DNA of 6,506 nt from Octopus sinensis (Eukaryota): assembly GCF_006345805.1 (NCBI RefSeq), contig NW_021829311.1:1-6506 (forward strand). The letters are read 5' to 3'. Positions 1 through 6,080 of this stretch are shown piece after piece. The notes below the pieces were generated by a model, which saw nothing but the letters and a program-made list of their open reading frames with translations, searched no databases and was not told the DNA's origin. Made by a program: the position numbers and the translations under genes. The first letter of the stretch is position 1; each line of letters begins with the position of its first letter.

Positions 1-285
1 CTCGTGATACTCTTCCGGCATCGGTCGCGGGTACGTCCCGTGTACTCGGGCGATACCGCGAGCTTAGGTTCGTTCTTTCGATTTCGGGCACGGTAGCGCG
101 GCGGGGCAACGGGCGACTGGTGCAGGCCTTGCGCAACCCTGCGCTGTGGCGGCCCCTACTTTATACTAGCCGCAGTTTCCATCTTTCGGGAATTTACGGA
201 ACGGACCACGTTGCTGTATCGACAGCGTGTATCTCGTGATATCCTTCCAGCATTGGTCGCGGGTACGTCCACGTTTACGTGGGTC

Positions 286-406
286 ACACCATTAGCTTCG
301 AGAATGTCCGGTGTCGTCGCCGACACAGCGGCCTCACTCGAGCTCGATACCGAGAACTCACCCCAGGAACTCGCCGCTTCGTGCCTCGTCGATAACTCTG
401 TTACAC
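286..406. repeat. B module, copy 1
   Basis: ACACCATTAG(C/T)TTCGAGAA.GTCCGGTGT...GCTCGATACCGAGAACTCACC...TGCCTCGTCGAT aligns with 1334-1440. The core 21-mer is at 342-362. Confidence 0.88.
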
Positions 407-696
407 GGTCGCATTACGTCCACGCGTACGTGGACGACATCGCGAGCTTCTGTTCGTTCTAACGGTACATTAGGGCGGCGGAGCACCGAGAGGCTGCCGC
501 AGGCCTGTCGATGGCGGCCCCTCACCTTATCTAGCCGCAGTTCCATCTTTCGGGACTTTACGGGAAGGACCACGTCTCTGTATCGACAGCGTGTATCTCA
601 TCACATCCTTTCGGCATCGGTCGCGTGTACGTCCAGGTTTACGTGGCGATACCCGAGCGTAGGTTCGTTCTTTCGATTTCGGGCACGGTAACGCGG

Positions 697-1066
697 GGAG
701 CTCCGGGCGATTGGCGCAGGCCTGGCGCAACCCTGCCGCTGGCGGCCTCTACTTTATACTCGCCGCAGTTGCCATCTTTCGGGATTTTACGGGGCGGACT
801 ACGTCTCTGTATCGACAGCGTGTATCTCGTGACATCCTTCCGGCATCGGTCGCGTGTACGTCCAGGTTTACGTGGCGATACCGCGAGCTTAGGGTCGTTC
901 TTTCGATTTCGGGCACGGCAGGGCGGCGGAGCTCCGGGCGATTGGCGCAGGCCTGGCGCAACCCTGCCGCTGGCGGCCTCTACTTTATACTCGCCGCAGT
1001 TGCCATCTTTCGGGATTTTACGGGGCGGACTACGTCTCTGTATCGACAGCGTGTATCTCGTGACAT
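697..1066. repeat. Recently homogenised pair of 231-bp A units
   Basis: 697-835 and 928-1066 are identical over 139 bp at an offset of 231 bp, while neighbouring A copies are much more diverged. Confidence 0.92.
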
Positions 1067-1333
1067 TCCTCCGGCATCGGTCGCGTGTACGTCCACGTGT
1101 ACGAAGGCGATCCTGCGAGGTTCGCATCAGCCTTACTAGATCGGGCACGGTAGGGCGGCGGAGCAACGGGCAGCTAGCGCAACCCTTCTACTGGCGGCCC
1201 CTACTTTATACTCGCCGCAGTTTCCTTCTTTCGGGAATTTACGGGACGGACCACGTCGCAGTACCAACCACGTGTATCTCGTGGCATCCTTCCAGCATTG
1301 GTCGTGGGTACGTCCACGTGTACGTGGGTGACG

Positions 1334-1440
1334 ACACCATTAGTTTCGAGAAAGTCCGGTGTTGTCCCCGGCACAGCGGCCCCCTCGTGCTCGATACCGA
1401 GAACTCACCTCAGAAATCGCGCTTCCTGCCTCGTCGATCA
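1334..1440. repeat. B module, copy 2
   Basis: Aligns with 286-394 and follows the same A-unit context (CCTTCCAGCATTGGTCG.GGGTACGTCCACGT.TACGTGGGT). The core 21-mer is at 1389-1409. Confidence 0.88.
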
Positions 1441-1782
1441 CATACTGACACTCTCGTGCTTCACGTCGACTATAAGTTTGGCTTATCGACCGACCTAAAT
1501 CACCTGCTACTTAAGCACTGCGATCTTTCTCCCGATTCTCCCGCCGCCGTTTGCTGGGCTTTTGTCGTGCTTTGGGATTCATCCGCCGACACGCCGGCCC
1601 CAGTCGTGCTCGATACCGAGAACTCACCCCAGGAGTTGCCGATTCGTGCCTCGACCATATCACACGGACACATATACTCATGCGTCGATCGTAGTCGCCG
1701 CTGCATTTTTCAGTTATTGGCAACGCCGCCGCTAGAGGACCACCGACCGGTTTAGAGACGTTTGTACGACCAGCTTCGTATG
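1441..1782. other. Largely single-copy junction between the 230-bp domain and the 119-bp array (contains B copy 3)
   Basis: Apart from 1585-1667 and degenerate monomer-like fragments at ~1755-1800, I see no match to either repeat family. It has a pyrimidine-rich patch with TCTCCCG twice (~1528-1543). Confidence 0.7.
1585..1667. repeat. B module, copy 3 (5'-truncated)
   Basis: GCCGACAC...GTGCTCGATACCGAGAACTCACCCCAGGA...TTCGTGCCTCG matches copies 1 and 2. The core 21-mer is at 1608-1628. Confidence 0.82.
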
Positions 1783-2038
1783 ATAATCACTCAACGCTAC
1801 GTGCCGCGAGGCCCTAGCTCATATATCGAACTCGCGAGGGCTACTTTACCAACATAACATCACTGAACACAGCAACGCTACCGAACGAGCGAACAAAAAT
1901 AAGAAAGAAATCTTACGCTTCGGACCGCGAGGCCCTGGCTGATATGAAACTCGCGAAAGCTACTTTACCAACATAAACATCACTGAACACAGCAACGCTA
2001 CCGAACGAGCGAACAAAAAAAAAAAAATCTTACGCTTC

Positions 2039-2052
2039 GGGCCGCGAGGCCC
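2039..2052 (+). other. GC-rich inverted repeat GGGCC-GCGA-GGCCC (5-bp stem, GNRA-type loop); example coordinates, present in most monomers
   Basis: GGGCC and GGCCC are exact reverse complements flanking GCGA. The stem is disrupted in the GGACC and GATGCC variants. Confidence 0.75.
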
Positions 2053-2699
2053 TGCCTAATATCGAACACGCGACGTTTACTTTACCAACAAAACATCACT
2101 GAACACAGCAACGCTACCGAACGAGCGAACAAAAGAAAAAGTTTTACGCTTCGGGCCGCGAGGCCCTGCCTGATATCGAACACGCGACGTTTACTTTACC
2201 AACATAACATCACTGAACACAGCAACGCTACCGAACGAGCGAACAAAAAAAAAAAAATAGTTTTACGCTTCGGGCCGCGAGGCCCTGACTGGTATCGAAC
2301 TCGTGACGTTTACTTTACCAACATAACATCACTGAACACAGCAACGCTACCGAACGAGCGAACAAAGAAAAAAAAAATAACATTACGCTTCGGGCCGCGA
2401 GGCCCTGCCTGATATCGAACTCGTGACGTTTACTTTACCAACATAACATCACTGAACACAGCAACGCTACCGAACGAGCGAACAAAAAAAATTTTACGCT
2501 TCGGGCCGCGAGGCCCTGCCTGGTATCGAACACGCGACGTTTACTTTACCAACATAACATCACTGAACACAGCAACGCTACCGAACGAGCGAACAAAAAA
2601 AAAAAATTTTACGCTTCGGGCCGCGAGGCCCTGCCTGATATCGAACTCGTGACGTTTACTTTACCAACATACATCACTGAACACAGCAAACGCTACCGA

Positions 2700-4140
2700 A
2701 CGAGCGAACAAAAAAAAACAAAAAAAATTATACGCTTCGGGCCGCGAGGCCCTGCCTGATATCGAACTCGTGACGTTTACTTTACCAACATAACATCACT
2801 GAACACAGCAACGCTACCGAACGAGCGAACAAAAAAAAAAAAAAATTTTACGCTTCGGGCCGCGAGGCCCTGCCTATTATCGAACTCGTGACGTTTACTT
2901 TACCAACATAACATCACTGAACACAGCAACGCTACCGAACGAGCGAACAAAAAAAAAGAAAGAAATTTTACGCTTCGGACCGCGAGGCCCTGGCTGATAT
3001 GAAACTCGCGAAAGCTACTTTACCAACATAACATCACTGAACACAGCAACGCTACCGAACGAGCGAACAAAAAAAAAAAAAATTTACGCTTCGGGCCGCG
3101 AGGCCCTGCCTGGTATCGAACTCGTGACGATTACTTTACCAACAAAACATCACTGAACACAGCAACGCTACCGAACGAGCGAACAAGAAAAAAAAAAAAG
3201 TTCTACGCTTCGGGCCGCGAGGCCCTGCCTGATATCGAACACGTGACGTTTACTTTACCAACATAACATCACTGAACACAGCAACGCTACCGAACGAGCG
3301 AACAAAGAAAAAAAAAAATACATTACGCTTCGGTGCCGCGAGGCCCTGCCTGATATCGAACACGCGACGTTTACTTTACCAACATAACATCACTGAACAC
3401 AGCAACGCTACCGAACGAGCGAACAAAAAAAAAAACAAAAAAAAATTATACGCTTCGGGCCGCGAGGCCCTGCCTGATATCGAACTCGTGACGTTTACTT
3501 TCCAACATAACATCACTGAACACAGCAACGCTACCGAACGAGCGAAAAAAAAAAAAAAAAATTTACGCGCTCGGGCCGCGAGGCCCTGCCTATTATCGAA
3601 CTCGTGACGTGACGTTTACTTTACAACATAACATCACTGAACACAGCAACGCTAACCGAACGAGCGAACAAAAAAAAGAAAGAAATTTTACGCTTCGGAC
3701 CGCGAGGCCCTGGCTGATATGAACTCGCGAAAGCTACTTTACCAACATACATCACTGAACACAGCAACGCTACCGAACGAGCGAGCAACAAAAAAAAAAA
3801 AATTTACGCTTCGGGCCGCGAGGCCCTGCCTGGTATCGAACTCGTGACGATTACTTTACCAACAAAACATCACTGAACACAGCAACGCTACCGAACGAGC
3901 GAACAAGAAAAAAAAAAAAAGTTCTACGCTTCGGGCCGCGAGGCCCTGCCTGATATCGAACACGTGACGTTTACTTTACCAACATAACATCACTGAACAC
4001 AGCAACGCTACCGAACGAGCGAACAAAGAAAAAAAAAATAACATTACGCTTCGGGCCGCGAGGCCCTGCCTGATATCGAACACGCGACGTTTACTTTACC
4101 AACATAACATCACTGAACACAGCAACGCTACCGAACGAGC
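2700..4140. repeat. Higher-order repeat: tandem duplication of a 6-monomer block (~720 bp)
   Basis: The same ordered set of private variants recurs at offsets of 716-721 bp: ATTATACG linker, CCTATTATCG (2859/3575), GGACC..GAAAGCTAC (2979/3699), GACGATTAC+AACAAAACAT+GTTCTACG (3095/3815), CACGTG (3214/3935). Confidence 0.9.
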
Positions 4141-4171
4141 GAACAAAAAAAAAAAAAATTTTACGCTTCGG

Positions 4172-6080
4172 GCCGCGATGCCCTGCCTGATATCGAACTC
4201 GTGACGTTTACTTTACCAACATAACATCACTGAACACAGCAACGCTACCGAACGAGCGAACAAAAAAAAACAAAAAAAAATTTTACGCTTCGGGCCGCGA
4301 GGCCCTGACTGGTATCGAACACGCGACGTTTACTTTACCAACATAACATCACTGAACACAGCAACGCTACCGAACGAGCGAACAAAGAAAAAAAAAATAA
4401 CATTACGCTTCGGGCCGCGAGGCCCTGCCTGATATCGAACACGCGACGTTTACTTTACCAACATAACATCACTGAACACAGCAACGCTACCGAACGAGCG
4501 AACAAAAAAAAAAAAATTTTACGCTTCGGGCCGCGATGCCCTGCCTGATATCGAACTCGTGACGTTTACTTTACCAACATAACATCACTGAACACAGCAA
4601 CGCTACCGAACGAGCGAACAAAAAAAAACAAAAAAAATTTTACGCTTCGGGCCGCGAGGCCCTGCCTGGTGTGGAACACGCGACGTTTACTTTACCAACA
4701 TAACATCACTGAACACAGCAACGCTACCGAACGAGCGAACAAAAAAAAAAAAAAATTTTACGCTTCGGGCCGCGAGGCCCTGCCTGATATCGAACTCGTG
4801 ACGTTTACTTTACCAACATAACATCACTGAACACAGCAACGCTACCGAACGAGCGAACAAAAAAAAACAAAAAAAATTTTACGCTTCGGGCCGCGAGGCC
4901 CTGGCCTTGTATCGAACACGCGACGTTACTTTACCAACATAACATCACTGAACACAGCAACGCTACCGAACGAGCGAACAAAAAAAAAAAAAAAAACTTT
5001 ACGCTTCGGCCGCGAGGCCCTGCCTGATATCGAACACGCGACGTTTACTTTACCAACATAACATCACTGAACACAGCAACGCTACCGAACGAGCGAGCAA
5101 AAAAAAAAAAAATTTTACGCTTCGGGCCGCGATGCCCTGCCTGATATCGAACTGTGACGTTTACTTTACCAACATAACATCACTGACACAGCAACGCTAC
5201 CGAACGAGAGCGAACAAAAAAAAACAAAAAAAATTTTACGCTTCGGGCCGCGAGGCCCTGACTGGTATCGAACACGCGACGTTTACTTTACCAACATAAC
5301 ATCATGAACACAGCAACGCTACCGAACGAGCGAACAAAGAAAAAAAAAATAACATTACGCTTCGGGCCGCGAGGCCCTGCCTGATATCGAACACGCGACG
5401 TTTACTTTACCACATAACATCACTGAACACAGCAACGCTAACCGAACGAGCGAACAAAAAAAAAAAAAATTTTACGCTTCGGGCCGCGAGCCCTGCCTGA
5501 TATCGAACTCGTGACGTTTACTTTACCAAATATACATCACTGAACACAGCAACGCTACGAACGAGCGAACAACAAAAAAAAAAAAAAATTTTACGCTTCG
5601 GGCCGCGAGGCCCTGCCTGGTATGGAACACCGTGACGTTTACTTTACCAACATAACATCACTGAACACAGCAACGCTACCGAACGAGCGAACAAAAAAAA
5701 AAAAAATTTCGCTTCGGGCAGCGAGGCCCTGCTGATATCGAACTCGTGACGTTTACTTTACCAACATAACATCACTGAACACAGCAACGCTACCGAACGA
5801 GCGAACAAAAAAAAAAAAAACAAAAATTTTACGCTTCGGGCCGCGAGGCCCTGCATGATATCGAACACGCGACGTTTACTTTACCAACATAACATACTGA
5901 ACACAGCAACGCTACCGAACGAGCGAACAAAAAAAAAAAAAAAAAATTTTACGCTTCGGGCCGCGAGGCCCTGCCTGATATCGAACTCGTGACGTTTACT
6001 TTACCAACATAACATCACTGAACACAGCAACGATAACCGAACGAGCGAACACAAAAAAAAACAAAAAACTTTACGCTTCG
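4172..6080. repeat. Higher-order repeat: duplication of an ~8-monomer block (~950 bp) with a nested 3-monomer (~358 bp) duplication
   Basis: GCGATGCC (4172/5126), CTGACTGGT followed by the ATAACATT linker (4294/5247) and GGT.TGGAAC (4651/5602) recur at ~951-954 bp. Monomers at 4055-4172-4294 repeat as 4414-4530-4651 (offset 357-359). The match is weaker in the last two monomers of the block. Confidence 0.75.

Larger units (their letters stand above)
153..1210 (-). promoter_or_regulatory. Repeated TATA-like / Pol I initiator-like motif TATAAAGTAG(G/A)GG, one per A unit (putative only)
   Basis: The plus strand reads CC(C/T)CTACTTTATA at 153-165, 746-758, 977-989 and 1198-1210, and a degenerate version at ~518-532. 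Function is inferred from motif resemblance only. Confidence 0.3.
1..1330. repeat. GC-rich ~230-bp tandem repeat family (A), about 6 copies including a partial last copy; begins upstream of the window
   Basis: Anchor CTC(G/A)T(G/C) following GTGTAT recurs at 1, 233, 597, 826, 1057 and 1278 (spacings 232, 364, 229, 231, 221). Shared blocks include TTCTTTCGATTTCGGGCACGG, GGCGGCC(C/T)CTACTTTATACT, CTTTCGGGA..TTACGG and CTGTATCGACAGCGTGTATCTC. The 364-bp interval contains the B module. Confidence 0.93.

Noticed and set aside
211-1723. Short ORFs 211-462, 311-691, 358-573, 527-730, 639-1166, 711-1139, 749-961, 1298-1498, 1500-1706, 1511-1723 as genes
   Set aside because: They overlap in several frames on both strands of GC-rich repeats, homologous DNA is read in different frames in different copies, and no domain is recognisable.
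2166-2190. Hammerhead ribozyme satellite (CTGAT...GAA)
   Set aside because: The sequence is CTGATATCGAAC. It lacks the CUGANGA core and has no stem II between the core halves.
2270-2300. Bacterial rho-independent terminators
   Set aside because: On the minus strand the hairpin is separated from the T-run by about 11 nt, and there are no upstream genes or other prokaryotic features.
2284-2308. Alu/7SL-derived element (GAGTTCGATACCAG resembles Alu GAGTTCGAGACCAG)
   Set aside because: The similarity is limited to the generic B-box-like word; the rest of the monomer has no Alu or 7SL similarity.
1-2979. Similar ~1.05-kb offsets in the left-domain super-duplication (1045-1056 bp) and between divergent monomers at 1924 and 2979 (1055 bp)
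   Set aside because: The two involve unrelated sequence, and 1055 bp is simply nine monomers; treated as coincidence.
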